A program made the translations under genes and the position numbers. The notes under the pieces are model-generated. The model saw only the letters and a program-made list of their open reading frames with translations, was not told the DNA's origin and made no database searches. A stretch of DNA of 61,261 bases, counting the filler, from Barthelona sp. PAP020 (Eukaryota), in the NCBI GenBank assembly GCA_040182905.1. It is 3 parts of 3 records of this genome, joined end to end, with 100 filler letters (N's around TTAATTAATTAA, not from the genome) between each part and the next. Parts side by side here need not be neighbours in the genome. Positions count along the whole stretch, not along the records: positions 20,559 to 40,922 come from JARQWU010000190.1; 2 more parts are not named here. One strand, written 5' to 3'. This document shows positions 22,331 through 33,593 of the stretch, piece by piece. Numbering within the stretch: position 1 is the first letter of the stretch; every line of letters starts with the position of its first letter.

Positions 22331-25300
22331 TCAACCCAATCTTTTCTTCAACTCAATTATGCAACAATTTGGACAACCGGCACTAATATCTGTTTGGTTT
22401 AAATATAAAGCCTTGAAACGATTAGCTCTCTCCTCAATATCAATTTCTTCAGCTAATTCTACAACTAAATTGCCTAGATCTTTTGCAGGTATTACATGTC
22501 CACAAGAAAACACAAAATTCTCCAGATTACTTTTTAATTTGGTTGAAACTAAGGTAAAGCATCTTGAAATATCTTGAAAGTAACTAGCAGTATTTCCTAT
22601 TAGACTATAACACTTTGATTTCATGTCAATTTTCTTTTTTTCATGCAGATGATGTTTAAAGCTCTTCAAGATCAAGGTTTGTGAAAAATGCATATTGTTG
22701 AAGATAGAATAATTTTTGACAATAAATTGTCCAAAAATATCCAAATTATCGAGTAAAACTTCTTCAAAGGCACTTATTAAATGACGATTGTTCTCCAAAA
22801 ATTTCAAAAAGTTTTGGAGAAGTTTCCATTTTTCTTTGGTTCTCAAGAATAATCTGAGGAATCCTTTGATCACCATTGTTTTGGGGAAAATGTTGAAATC
22901 AACACATAATGCAGGTACTGCGATATTTTCAAGTAGTTTTATATAAGTTTGAGGGATAGTTTTCATCAAACAAGTACCTCTTAAAATCAAAAACACACCA
23001 AAATAAGAGCATTCTGGATTATTCATAATGTATTCAACACTTTCATTGAAACATGATGTTTGAACCAATTTTCTGTGGTACAATTCAGTTAAAACATCAA
23101 AATAAAACAAAATCTCTAAAATAATGAAATATTCCTCGAAACTTTCGAAAAGTTTTGAAAATGTTGAATATTTTGAATATTTAGTAAGTTTTTCAGTCAT
23201 ATATTCATTCTTAAGATCATATTTACACTTTAATGAGAATAATTGTTTATCACTGAGATTTTGAATATAATTTTGTAGAGTTATCAAAAAAGAAATGTCA
23301 ACATCAAAGGAAAAATCATCAATTTGTGCAATTTTCCATTGAATTGGAACAAGGAGATCAACAGAAAATGAAAACATGTTTTTTTTTTGAGATACAGAAG
23401 AAGGAAAGATAAAAGGAGAAGAAGAAGATGTGAAAGAAGGGTCAATTATTGTTGAATTAGAATTTAAAGGTTCAGAATGTTGAGCAGTAACCAAATTATA
23501 AAACATTTTATTCGTAATCATTTGAAGATCTGTTTTTGAAAAGTCAAAAGCAGAAGCATTCAATATCTTTGAAGAGTTCAATATCTTATAGTTTGATATT
23601 GCATCACAAAGATTAAAAAAAGGGGTAAGATTAGTTAATTGAATTTTTTTATTGAAAAAGAAAGTTTCTCGATCAAATTTTTCTTCAAAGGATAAATATA
23701 TTCGATCAATTGAGACATCATCAAACTTTTTTGCTAAAATTAACTCAAAAATAATCAAATAAAAGAAATATTCCTCAAATTTCGAAGTGTTAGTATTTTT
23801 AAGATTTTTGCATACTTCATACAAATATTGTTTGAATAATTCAGGATATTCTGAAAAATATCGAGCAAAACTCTTCGAAATACCTAACGTTTCCTGATTC
23901 CCAAAATTCCCAATAAACAATTTTAAAAAAATTACAAACTTTAATTCTAAAGTTCGATTCTTCTTGTTAAACTCATTTTCATAATTACTTTTTCCTTTTA
24001 AAATGCTTTTAATGTATTTTTCACACGTCAAAATAATATCAATATCTAATTGAGTAAACATGATGTCTAAATAGCTCTCTAACTTCTCATTTCGAATATC
24101 AACCATAAAATTACGATTTAAAAGCGATTGATTCAACAATAGTTCTTGAAAGAAGCTATTTAAATTGTTTCTTTGAAACTTGTATTGTCGTTTATTAGTG
24201 GTCAAAATAAACATTGTTTCATTGCCTCTGAAGGTTTGAATAGACGAAAATTTCTCATCTTTGATAACAATCTCCTCCATATAATATTTAACATCCTTTT
24301 CTCTTTCTTTAATTACTTGTCGATTCGAAAACACTTGAATCAATAACTGATTCATGTATGAATTACCAAAAACACTGAATAGAGGTGACCAAAAAACAAA
24401 AAGTATGTTTGTACGTAAATTCTTCAACTCACATAAAGGTCGTTGAAAGTCAGATATGGTGCTATAAATAGATAACGTTGGTGATGCGCTGGAAGGGGAT
24501 AATCTAGAAATGATTTTGATCAAATCTCCCGCTTCTTCAGATCTCTTTATTGTGGAGACAAGTTCAATCCTTGAAAACCCTTTAGAATCGGGTTTTATCA
24601 ATAAATCGCTGTGATACCACTGACGATCACTGTCAGTTTCATTATTTGAAGCTATTTTACGTTTCCTTACCTTTTCATTGTTTACTGTAGTGAATAAATC
24701 AACGTAAAGGCCATTATTAATGATTGGGAATGAAAACAAAAATGATTTATGTATTCTGCCTTCAATGGCCTCTATGTGCAATAATAACGATGTTATTTCA
24801 GTAAACCCATCATAAAATAAACATGAATGCTTGATTTCAGCAGAAAAATTTAACGTGTGTAATTGGTCAAAACTCTCATTGAAAATTTTAACCAAACCAT
24901 TTGTTCCTACTGCAATAAACAAACTTTTTTTGTTTAAAAAAGTGTGTACTTCATGTGTCTCTGCATCTTCAACATACGTTTCAACTGTTTTAGAATTTGA
25001 AATCTTATTCAAATAATATGTTCTTTTTTCATTTACCAAACTATCAAAATCATATATCAGTATCTTCCAATTGGTTAATATCACTATTATTTGATTTAAT
25101 CTTGAATAATATAAACAACTTCCAATTTCTTCAATTGCCATTAAATCATCAGATTCAATTTCTTTTTTGTTTTTTTGACCTTCAATTGAATCATCAAAAC
25201 TATAATTACGGGAAAGAGTGGCAGAAATATTGCTTTTTTTAAGAGAATATGCATCATTACATACAAAAACTTTGGTACAATATGAGTTTTGTTTTGATTT

Positions 25301-25495
25301 TTTAAATCGTATGAATAAATATTGTTTTGTATAATTTACATTCACTTCAAATCCATTTTCTTTATTCAGAAACATGTTTCCATTTTTTAAAGAAAAATTT
25401 TCATCTTCATTAACAACATGAAATAATTCTTCTACTTTGAAAAGATTACATGCAAAACTATTGGAACTAAATAATGAAGCAGGTAAAATACTCAT
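22331..25495 (-). CDS. 1054-aa protein, probable beta-propeller/helical solenoid with C-terminal degenerate RING (Vps8/Vps18/Vps41-like architecture)
   Basis: Beta-rich N-terminal half, helical C-terminal half, terminal FVFSCGHV...CPNCC. The family assignment is inference. Confidence 0.55.
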   Translation of the reverse strand: MSILPASLFSSNSFACNLFKVEELFHVVNEDENFSLKNGNMFLNKENGFEVNVNYTKQYLFIRFKKSKQNSYCTKVFVCNDAYSLKKSNISATLSRNYSFDDSIEGQKNKKEIESDDLMAIEEIGSCLYYSRLNQIIVILTNWKILIYDFDSLVNEKRTYYLNKISNSKTVETYVEDAETHEVHTFLNKKSLFIAVGTNGLVKIFNESFDQLHTLNFSAEIKHSCLFYDGFTEITSLLLHIEAIEGRIHKSFLFSFPIINNGLYVDLFTTVNNEKVRKRKIASNNETDSDRQWYHSDLLIKPDSKGFSRIELVSTIKRSEEAGDLIKIISRLSPSSASPTLSIYSTISDFQRPLCELKNLRTNILFVFWSPLFSVFGNSYMNQLLIQVFSNRQVIKEREKDVKYYMEEIVIKDEKFSSIQTFRGNETMFILTTNKRQYKFQRNNLNSFFQELLLNQSLLNRNFMVDIRNEKLESYLDIMFTQLDIDIILTCEKYIKSILKGKSNYENEFNKKNRTLELKFVIFLKLFIGNFGNQETLGISKSFARYFSEYPELFKQYLYEVCKNLKNTNTSKFEEYFFYLIIFELILAKKFDDVSIDRIYLSFEEKFDRETFFFNKKIQLTNLTPFFNLCDAISNYKILNSSKILNASAFDFSKTDLQMITNKMFYNLVTAQHSEPLNSNSTIIDPSFTSSSSPFIFPSSVSQKKNMFSFSVDLLVPIQWKIAQIDDFSFDVDISFLITLQNYIQNLSDKQLFSLKCKYDLKNEYMTEKLTKYSKYSTFSKLFESFEEYFIILEILFYFDVLTELYHRKLVQTSCFNESVEYIMNNPECSYFGVFLILRGTCLMKTIPQTYIKLLENIAVPALCVDFNIFPKTMVIKGFLRLFLRTKEKWKLLQNFLKFLENNRHLISAFEEVLLDNLDIFGQFIVKNYSIFNNMHFSQTLILKSFKHHLHEKKKIDMKSKCYSLIGNTASYFQDISRCFTLVSTKLKSNLENFVFSCGHVIPAKDLGNLVVELAEEIDIEERANRFKALYLNQTDISAGCPNCCIIELKKRLG

Positions 25496-25856
25496 ATTTT
25501 AATGTTTCAACATACACATAAAAAAATATTCTTGTTATATGTTTTATTTAATGACTGATCTCTTTATTCATATAATCATCATAACATTTGAATCTTTATT
25601 TTGTTGTTAATTCCAGTATTTCAAGTCTTTCAAAGTTCTTCTATAAATTGCTTTTATAAATGTATCAATGTAAAGAATAGAAATTATAAGGAAATTTATT
25701 AATATTTTCATAAACTAAGTAATGAAAACAGAGAATGACTGAAAGCATCAATCAATCATAATTGTAAATACAAAAAAACATTAAAATATAATTTAATGAT
25801 CAATAATAAACGGGTTTATAAGTATATTTGATCACAATTCATTTAAATTTTGCAAT

Positions 25857-28800
25857 TTAAGGACTCTTTGAAACTTTTGGTGGTGAATCTTCTTTAACTT
25901 CAATTTCAACCTCTTTCATCTTTGTTTTACGATATAATAACACTCCGATAATCAATAAAATCAAAATTGAAGGTAAAACAATATACAATGTTACAGAAGA
26001 CCATTGAATGGAAGCTTGTGGAGCAGCTTTGATTTGAATAGTTATTGTTGCTATTTGTGAATTAAGGTTCCCATCGGAAGCTAAATATCTGATTTCATCA
26101 TATCCTTTTTGATAATCAACCATAGCTTTGCTTTTGTAGTCAATACAATTTGATTTAAGAATTGCAGGCACTGAATCCACCATGATATTTCTATCAATAA
26201 TATCTCCAATTCCAATCATTGTTACAGTAACGAAAATGTCAGTTGAATCAATGTCAGTAGCTTGAAAACATATATTGGTCTTGGAATTTTCAAAAACTTC
26301 AACGTTGAAGGCTTTTGCAACAGGGGCATCGTTGATTGCAATTATGTCAATCGGCAGTGTTTGAATTCCTGTTGAACCATTTGTATCAATAATTGAATAT
26401 TTAATTGCAGCAAAATTTGATCCAAATTCGTTAGTAGGAGGTCTATACTCAATTTGCAGTTGAGGATTTAAAATTACAAATGGATATGAATCAATGAGAA
26501 CACCATCATAGTAGATAGCACCTTTGACATTGAGAGAGTGAATTTTCAACTGTGCAGTTGTACTGAAACTTGAAATCAATGTTTGCTCATCAATAATAGT
26601 AAACTTTAACGCAACATCTTCAAAAACTATGAGTCGTTCAACATATGACGTGCCACTGACACTCACTTCACATTGAGGTATGCACTCACCATTTATATCT
26701 CCAATTTCAGGAATGATAACATTCTTTACTTCATCCATGTTAAATCTGTGATTAATGGCAATGCTATTTTCAAACAACATTGGCTGATAAACGGACTGAA
26801 TTACTTGATTATCATCCAAAGCCACATCATTAATAACAAGAGATCTCATTTCTCCAACAAAATGGTGGGTAAATTGATCATATTCATTTCGTATTGCTCC
26901 AATGTAACTACTCTGTAAATTACTCAATTGTCTGCTGATTACTTGTGTGACACTCAAAATTCCATTGATGTATATTCTGATATCTGTTTCTTCAACACCT
27001 TTCATTGTAACTGTAATCGCGACCCATTGATTCAAAGGCATAGTATTTTCAGGTGCTTCAATTGTTCTGCATGAAACTTCATTTGGATCACAATAGCTTA
27101 CCCAAATCCTACCATCATTTGAATTTGGTGAGTTCACAAAAATTGAATAACCATCTGGTGCTTTTGCATCCCCTCCACAAAGTTCACGATTTGAAAAAAG
27201 ACACAAAGAATCTGCAAATGTTGAAGTTCTTTTGGCCCAAATGGTAATTGTTTGATTGACAAAGTCAAAAGATTTTTGCATTTTAACATATGTTTGTCCA
27301 TTGAACACAAATATTGAATCTAAATATCCAAGAGGCAGTAATTTTGAATCATAGGTGAACAAAACTGTAGAATCATGAACGAAAATGTTATTTTCTTCAC
27401 CAATCATCAGTGAAACAGGAACAATAGATTGGTCTATACTTTCATACGTGGGAACAAGTAGAGTAAAGTTATGTATTCCATCTGTAAGTGCAACAGAACA
27501 AACAATTGCCTCTTTACTACCAAAATAAAACTTGACATCAGGTTCAACACCATTAGGTAAATTGACTGTAGCATAAGTAATATACCCACCAACAATTGGT
27601 CCAGTTAAAATGGACAGTTCAAAATCAACAACATAAAACAAAGGTGAATCTTCATTTAACAAAGTAAAATTATCAACTGACCCTTCTTCAAACCTCAATA
27701 CTTGAACTGTGTAATTACCGGTATCAAGAGACACATTTAGACATTTAATGACTTCACAGGAAACCACTTCACCTTTGACAACTTGTGAATCAATGCGACA
27801 GTTATAAAGAATATCTGTCTCAAATGGTCCGCCATATAATTCAAGATCAAAAGTTCCAGAAGAAATAACTTTGACCAAAGGACGAATTTCTTTGTGAATG
27901 GAAGTAATATTCATTTTTATTTCCCCTGTGTTTGATACGTTGAAACCATCTGACACGCTCACAAAGAGAGAAATCACATTTACACCACAAAGAGCATTGG
28001 AAGCAAAATAACGTATGGATTTTGAGGTTATGACGAGTATTTCACCAAATATTGGATTTGATACGTCATGAATTGTCCAAAAATCGCCATCAAAATCAAA
28101 AGCATCCACAGTAAAATCAATGATTTCATTTTCAGTCAAAGAGATACTGAGATCCTTGACAACTGGTGGTGTATTTACAATATTAATATTTACAATTGCA
28201 TCTGTTGATTCTATTCCGTTTCGTACAAGCCGATATTTAAAATCAGTAAATGCAACATGAGAAACAATAATTGAAGGACTGACAAAATCTATAGAACATT
28301 GACTTACAAGAACATCAGGTGCATAAATTGTGTCTGAAGTATTACTGTCCTTTAACTTCCCCAAAGAGGGTAATTTCACAATTTTGATGTCATCTCCTTC
28401 GTTACAACCACTGAAAAATATTCTTTCTGTTGTTCCTCGTCTCATAACTGCAGATTTACCTTCAATATTTGTTACAAACAAATATTTAAACTCTAGACTG
28501 CTGTCCGAGCAAAAATTATCTTCATGGCACAGAGTAACTTTGACAATACCTCCTTCAGCTTTTGGTGGAGGCTTTACAATTATATGTGTAGAATTTAATA
28601 TGTCTCCATCAACTGACACATCCCCAAATAGCACAGAAATTTTTCCTTTTCTAAAATTCTCACCGATAACAAAAATTTCCTCTTCTGCTGTGGAATATCC
28701 TATATTTGGAATAATATTTGTGAGCTCATAAACATTGATTTCCAATTGACGGAGAAGATTAACAGTCTGATAATTTTCCTCAACAACGAAAGAATAATCA

Positions 28801-30737
28801 CTGGCTTGAAGGCCTTCAGGATGTGCACATTGAAGACTGTTACAACCTAAGTACTTGGCATTAGTTCGAAGAGATCCATCAAACACGCAATGATATGTGT
28901 TTTCGTCTGAAAAGCCAATACCACTGAGAGTAATCTGAACTTGTGGAGTACGAGGAACAAAAGTTTTATCCTGTTGAATAACCAAAGGTACTTGCTGAAA
29001 CACCACAATATTCAAAGCCTTGGTCACACATTGATCACTTATAATTAATTCTACACTTCCAATATCATGAACACAACTGTTTCCAATATATTTAATCTGA
29101 ACAAAATCTTGTGAATCTTCATTTTTTTTTGTTATATTTAAAGGACCTACAATGTTTCCAATTTGGATATCAAAATGATTCAATGATGTGTCCAAATCGT
29201 CTTCAATGAGATCACTCAATTTGACCTCAAAAATATTTACTTCCCCATAAACAACTTCCAAAGAAGGAATTTCATTTTTCAGCATGAAAGGAACATTGTT
29301 AATTCTAATGTTGACGGAAAAGTCATCAGAGAGATAATCCTTGATTCTAACGTTGAATTTAAAGGAATCTTCATAGAAGCACTGATTCAGTGCTTTACCT
29401 GCCTTATAACCAACTTCATATGTTGGCAACAAATAAGGTAAATCGAAAGGAGTGATAAACTCTCCGTATTTCGGTAAATTGATAATAGTAGCACTGATAT
29501 CCTCGAATTTGATACTCAAGGGTAACAATTCAATAATTGTTGATTCTTCAGACGAAATCTCAACTGAAACATTCCTCAACAGCTCTTGACCGGCAAAGTA
29601 TAATACTTGACCTAAAAAGAAAGGTTCAACGTTATTGCTTGAAAAATTAACAGACAAATATCCTTTTTCTTCACATATTGGCCAAACACCTGTCAAAAGA
29701 TTGGTCGATTCAAATTGTAACGGAACAACTTTGTTACAAACATGGATTTCATATGCATTAGAATCATTAAATCCGTTGCCAAAAACCTCAAAGGCTTGTC
29801 CACCCTCGTTAGATGAAGCGGTTGGAAACATAGAATCGATAGAATATCTGGATATTTCAAAAACGTTAGAATAATACGTATAGCCATCCGAAGAATATTT
29901 TAAGGTTAATTTTGCTCTTTCTGGATACAAATCTGCTCTCAATTCACATTGTATACATGTTGTCACATTGTTTTGAAATAATTCACTTACGTTAAAAGAA
30001 TGAGCATGTACTTTTGCAGTGTCATCAAACAAACAATGCATAAAAAGAGCCCCAGCGTATAAATATTCACCCCATAAGTTTAATATTACATTTTGGCCAC
30101 TCGGCACATTGTATGGAAGAACTTCATTCACTCTTGAATAAACAAACATCCGATGATGTATTGTATGTGCACCAAAGCCAAAATCAACAATAACAAAAAC
30201 TCCACCTGTATTTGAACTTTCGGGAACAATTAATAACAATTCTTCGTCTGAAACATATTCAGCATTCACAGATGCAGTAACATTACCAGAAAAATTGACA
30301 TTGTATGAAACATCAGGCAAGAATCCAATACCACCTATTCTCAATTCATAGTTCCCTTTAATATCACCAAATGATGGACTTAAAGAATATAATTCAACAA
30401 CACTGAAAGGGATATCATTAGTCCAGGTCAAACCATCATTAAAACTGACAGACAATACAGAAATGCCAACAATCAAATCATTTGCTTGAGAAGTGACACA
30501 TTTTAAAGAACTTGTATTATGATAAACACAAGAATACTTTGGTAAAGTTATGGAATGATTCCCTCCAATACAAACCAAAATTTTATCAGTATCATTAAAA
30601 TTTTCTCCATAAATTAAAAAATCAGCATTAAAACCTTTAGGTATTATATTTGGCAGTGAATATTCTAAATATGGTTCATTACATTTGATAATTCGAAAAA
30701 CAATGAAATACAGTGTTAAGAAAAGAAATATTTTCAT
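25857..30737 (-). CDS. Type I cell-surface protein with IPT/TIG repeats, Ig/cadherin-like repeats and a LamG/ConA-like domain
   Basis: Signal peptide MKIFLFLTLYFIVF (ATG 30737). IPT starts LSPSFGDIKGNYELRIGGIGF, MFPTASSNEGGQAFEVFGNGF and IIPNIGYST. NTPPV/NDAPVA Ig-like repeats. LamG-like TITIWAK...NQWVAITVT...IYING...FVGEM. C-terminal TM LYIVLPSILILLIIGVLLY followed by RK. Confidence 0.85.
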   Translation of the reverse strand: MKIFLFLTLYFIVFRIIKCNEPYLEYSLPNIIPKGFNADFLIYGENFNDTDKILVCIGGNHSITLPKYSCVYHNTSSLKCVTSQANDLIVGISVLSVSFNDGLTWTNDIPFSVVELYSLSPSFGDIKGNYELRIGGIGFLPDVSYNVNFSGNVTASVNAEYVSDEELLLIVPESSNTGGVFVIVDFGFGAHTIHHRMFVYSRVNEVLPYNVPSGQNVILNLWGEYLYAGALFMHCLFDDTAKVHAHSFNVSELFQNNVTTCIQCELRADLYPERAKLTLKYSSDGYTYYSNVFEISRYSIDSMFPTASSNEGGQAFEVFGNGFNDSNAYEIHVCNKVVPLQFESTNLLTGVWPICEEKGYLSVNFSSNNVEPFFLGQVLYFAGQELLRNVSVEISSEESTIIELLPLSIKFEDISATIINLPKYGEFITPFDLPYLLPTYEVGYKAGKALNQCFYEDSFKFNVRIKDYLSDDFSVNIRINNVPFMLKNEIPSLEVVYGEVNIFEVKLSDLIEDDLDTSLNHFDIQIGNIVGPLNITKKNEDSQDFVQIKYIGNSCVHDIGSVELIISDQCVTKALNIVVFQQVPLVIQQDKTFVPRTPQVQITLSGIGFSDENTYHCVFDGSLRTNAKYLGCNSLQCAHPEGLQASDYSFVVEENYQTVNLLRQLEINVYELTNIIPNIGYSTAEEEIFVIGENFRKGKISVLFGDVSVDGDILNSTHIIVKPPPKAEGGIVKVTLCHEDNFCSDSSLEFKYLFVTNIEGKSAVMRRGTTERIFFSGCNEGDDIKIVKLPSLGKLKDSNTSDTIYAPDVLVSQCSIDFVSPSIIVSHVAFTDFKYRLVRNGIESTDAIVNINIVNTPPVVKDLSISLTENEIIDFTVDAFDFDGDFWTIHDVSNPIFGEILVITSKSIRYFASNALCGVNVISLFVSVSDGFNVSNTGEIKMNITSIHKEIRPLVKVISSGTFDLELYGGPFETDILYNCRIDSQVVKGEVVSCEVIKCLNVSLDTGNYTVQVLRFEEGSVDNFTLLNEDSPLFYVVDFELSILTGPIVGGYITYATVNLPNGVEPDVKFYFGSKEAIVCSVALTDGIHNFTLLVPTYESIDQSIVPVSLMIGEENNIFVHDSTVLFTYDSKLLPLGYLDSIFVFNGQTYVKMQKSFDFVNQTITIWAKRTSTFADSLCLFSNRELCGGDAKAPDGYSIFVNSPNSNDGRIWVSYCDPNEVSCRTIEAPENTMPLNQWVAITVTMKGVEETDIRIYINGILSVTQVISRQLSNLQSSYIGAIRNEYDQFTHHFVGEMRSLVINDVALDDNQVIQSVYQPMLFENSIAINHRFNMDEVKNVIIPEIGDINGECIPQCEVSVSGTSYVERLIVFEDVALKFTIIDEQTLISSFSTTAQLKIHSLNVKGAIYYDGVLIDSYPFVILNPQLQIEYRPPTNEFGSNFAAIKYSIIDTNGSTGIQTLPIDIIAINDAPVAKAFNVEVFENSKTNICFQATDIDSTDIFVTVTMIGIGDIIDRNIMVDSVPAILKSNCIDYKSKAMVDYQKGYDEIRYLASDGNLNSQIATITIQIKAAPQASIQWSSVTLYIVLPSILILLIIGVLLYRKTKMKEVEIEVKEDSPPKVSKSP

Positions 30738-31279
30738 ATAATTGTTTGAGCTAATCAAAGAAATAGTAAATATCAACAATCCAAAGTTTACAAAACAGAG
30801 TTTACAAAACTGTAAAACACATCAAAATTCGTTTTCTTTTTTTACATAATTTGCAATAAATATCTTTAACTCTGTTTCTCAAACAATTATTTTTATTTAT
30901 TTCTGTTTGATTTTTTCAATGAAAAAGTCAAGTAAAATTTTTTTTTTTTTTTTTTTGTTTCCTTCAAATTGCAAATTGAACAAAATAACAATAATTCTAA
31001 GATAATATATGACATAAATCTGTCGAAATTAAATGATTAAAAAAAAGATTTCATTGATTATGAAACATCGAATCAACCAATTTTACTTTTACATGAACTC
31101 AAAAAATATTCCAATTAACATTAAAAATTTAAAAAAATAAACGAGAAAAAAAAACTGAAGTGATGTGATTGAAAAGTGTTTCTCTTTATGATTGGGCTGT
31201 CCTTTTCTCAAACCCATCAGAAATAAATGGTCTACATTGATTTATTTTTGTGATTAAAAATACAAAAAAAAAAAGGAAG

Positions 31280-33310
31280 ATGATTAATGAGAAAATTCCA
31301 TTTTCGGAAGAAACTTGTTTTGACAAGATTTCAAAATATTTGATATCTTATACAGATATAACAGATCTACAATCTGTCTTTTTGATTGAAACCTATGAAA
31401 TACTACATAATGAATATGAAAATCAATTGATTGAAATACCGGAATATTTTTATTTACTACAAAAATTGTGCACAATATTTAAATTATATTCATTAAAGCC
31501 CGTTGTAAATTCTGAATTCAATAATCCCATAAGTTACTTTATTGAACACATCATTACTTATGTTAATCAATGTATTATTAGTGAGAACATTCAAATATAT
31601 TCATCTTTTTTAGCATTTTTGGCCACTTTGATACAATTAAGTGATGAAAATTCAATCCTTTTTGAAAATGATGCAGTTTTATCGAGATTATTGACTTGTT
31701 CGATTAACATATTTTTTTCCAATGATGAGTTTTATATAACAGAAAGTTCTATGATAATAAATTTGGCAAATATTTTATCTTCAAGAACGACAAAAAAATT
31801 TGATGTTTTATTACCTTGTTTAATATATTTTTTTGAAAAAATATTTGAAAATCATGAATTTTTTATGTATTCAAATTTTTTGAGAATTTATTTATTAGTC
31901 TTTAAACGATGTATTCCCAAGTTAGCAAATAGTCATATTTTTGATGAGAATTTTAAAGTTTTTTTGTTGAATGTATTCAAACGTTTGTTCAATGATAATT
32001 ATGTCATGTCTTTGATTGCTCATGTAATCATAATGCTAAACCCTAATGTAGCAAAGTGCTATATATCTGGTGATGATGAACTATTGTTTTTTCTTTGTAA
32101 AACCATAGTAACATATAAAGGATGTTACGCTGTTACCAAACGTTTATGTAGATCATTGTACTATTTACTGCTTTTATCAAATCCAGCAATTGAAGATCAA
32201 ACTCCCTTAAGCTTGAATCTAAAATTGAACAACATACCGCTAAAGAATGATCTATTCGAAAATTTAGGTTTGTATTTGTTAGAAAGCACAATCGACGAAA
32301 ATGCGGTTGTCGCAATACTCAAAATTTTGTGTTTAATAAGACATAAGAACACATGGCAATTGATACCTATTTTATCAAGAGTTCTTGTGATGGAAAACAG
32401 AGAGATTCAAATGCTTTGTATCAACCTAATTAACTTAGGCTTTGAAAATCAAATGGGTTATGCTTGTTTGAATGAAACTAAAATGAAACGAATTTTGACA
32501 CTATTAAGTAACTTTACAGATCATCCCATGGTTTCGAAAATGTTTGAGAACCTTTGTTTGTATAGGACAGATATTTTGCATTGTTGTATTGAAGAAGTGT
32601 TGATATATCTGAACAGTGCCAGTGAATTTCTTTTGAAAATATCAAGCACCAACATTTCTATATTCCTCATTTTATTCAAGCAACTGCTGAATTCAATCAA
32701 TGCAATTCTAAAACATAACCCAAGTGTACCATTGCCTTGCATTCAATTTCTGACAACAGCTCAAAAATTGGAGAAATGGCATATCAACTCAACAATGATC
32801 AATTGGATGAAGACGAAATCTAACCTAACATCAAGTGCATCAAATTCTTCAAATAAAACTGGTTTTTCAAATTGTGGCAAAGATTTAAAACAAGAAACAG
32901 AATCAATTGAAGAGAATCAATCAGATAACAGACCCACATATTATACAATTAAGGAACTGTGTTGGTTTGACTATAGCAGCTACCAATTACCAAGCACAAT
33001 AACAATAAATAAGCATTCTTCAAAGCTAAATGAAAAGTTTTGTCAACTATTTCTCTTTGATGAAAACAATAACAAACCCAAGAGTTATTTTGGTGTATTG
33101 GTCGATATGGTTCTGAAAAATCAAATTGAATATACTGATGATGTAATAATATACGCAATTCAAAATATAGTTAGTATAATTACTAACTCAAATGAATTGG
33201 CAAGCTTTTTTGCCACTTATGAACCAAAAACTTTTTTACCGGATGTCAAAAGACAACCAAACGTTAGTCCAAACATGCAATTTAATGATTTCTTTGAAAA
33301 AAGAATGTAA
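31280..33310 (+). CDS. Hypothetical helical-repeat (ARM/HEAT-like) protein
   Basis: About 676-aa Leu/Ile-rich amphipathic ORF; first ATG at 31280. Confidence 0.7.
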   Translation: MINEKIPFSEETCFDKISKYLISYTDITDLQSVFLIETYEILHNEYENQLIEIPEYFYLLQKLCTIFKLYSLKPVVNSEFNNPISYFIEHIITYVNQCIISENIQIYSSFLAFLATLIQLSDENSILFENDAVLSRLLTCSINIFFSNDEFYITESSMIINLANILSSRTTKKFDVLLPCLIYFFEKIFENHEFFMYSNFLRIYLLVFKRCIPKLANSHIFDENFKVFLLNVFKRLFNDNYVMSLIAHVIIMLNPNVAKCYISGDDELLFFLCKTIVTYKGCYAVTKRLCRSLYYLLLLSNPAIEDQTPLSLNLKLNNIPLKNDLFENLGLYLLESTIDENAVVAILKILCLIRHKNTWQLIPILSRVLVMENREIQMLCINLINLGFENQMGYACLNETKMKRILTLLSNFTDHPMVSKMFENLCLYRTDILHCCIEEVLIYLNSASEFLLKISSTNISIFLILFKQLLNSINAILKHNPSVPLPCIQFLTTAQKLEKWHINSTMINWMKTKSNLTSSASNSSNKTGFSNCGKDLKQETESIEENQSDNRPTYYTIKELCWFDYSSYQLPSTITINKHSSKLNEKFCQLFLFDENNNKPKSYFGVLVDMVLKNQIEYTDDVIIYAIQNIVSIITNSNELASFFATYEPKTFLPDVKRQPNVSPNMQFNDFFEKRM

Positions 33311-33593
33311 AAACTGATTGATTTTTTTTTCTTGAGCATATAAAGAATATATAGTTCCACAATACTCGTGTTGACAATATTTTTGATTATTTTTGATTCT
33401 TATCAAACAAAAGATTGATGTTATAAAACAGAAGGCAAAATCAAATCATCAATACTATAATTAACTATTCTTTCTTTTTATTTTTGCATGAACAATTCAA
33501 TATTAATGGTTATAACAAATTGTTAAAAATTGTGTCTTTTTTGGAATGCAAAACAATCAGTCCAAAAAAAAATTTTCCCCTTTTTTTCCACCC

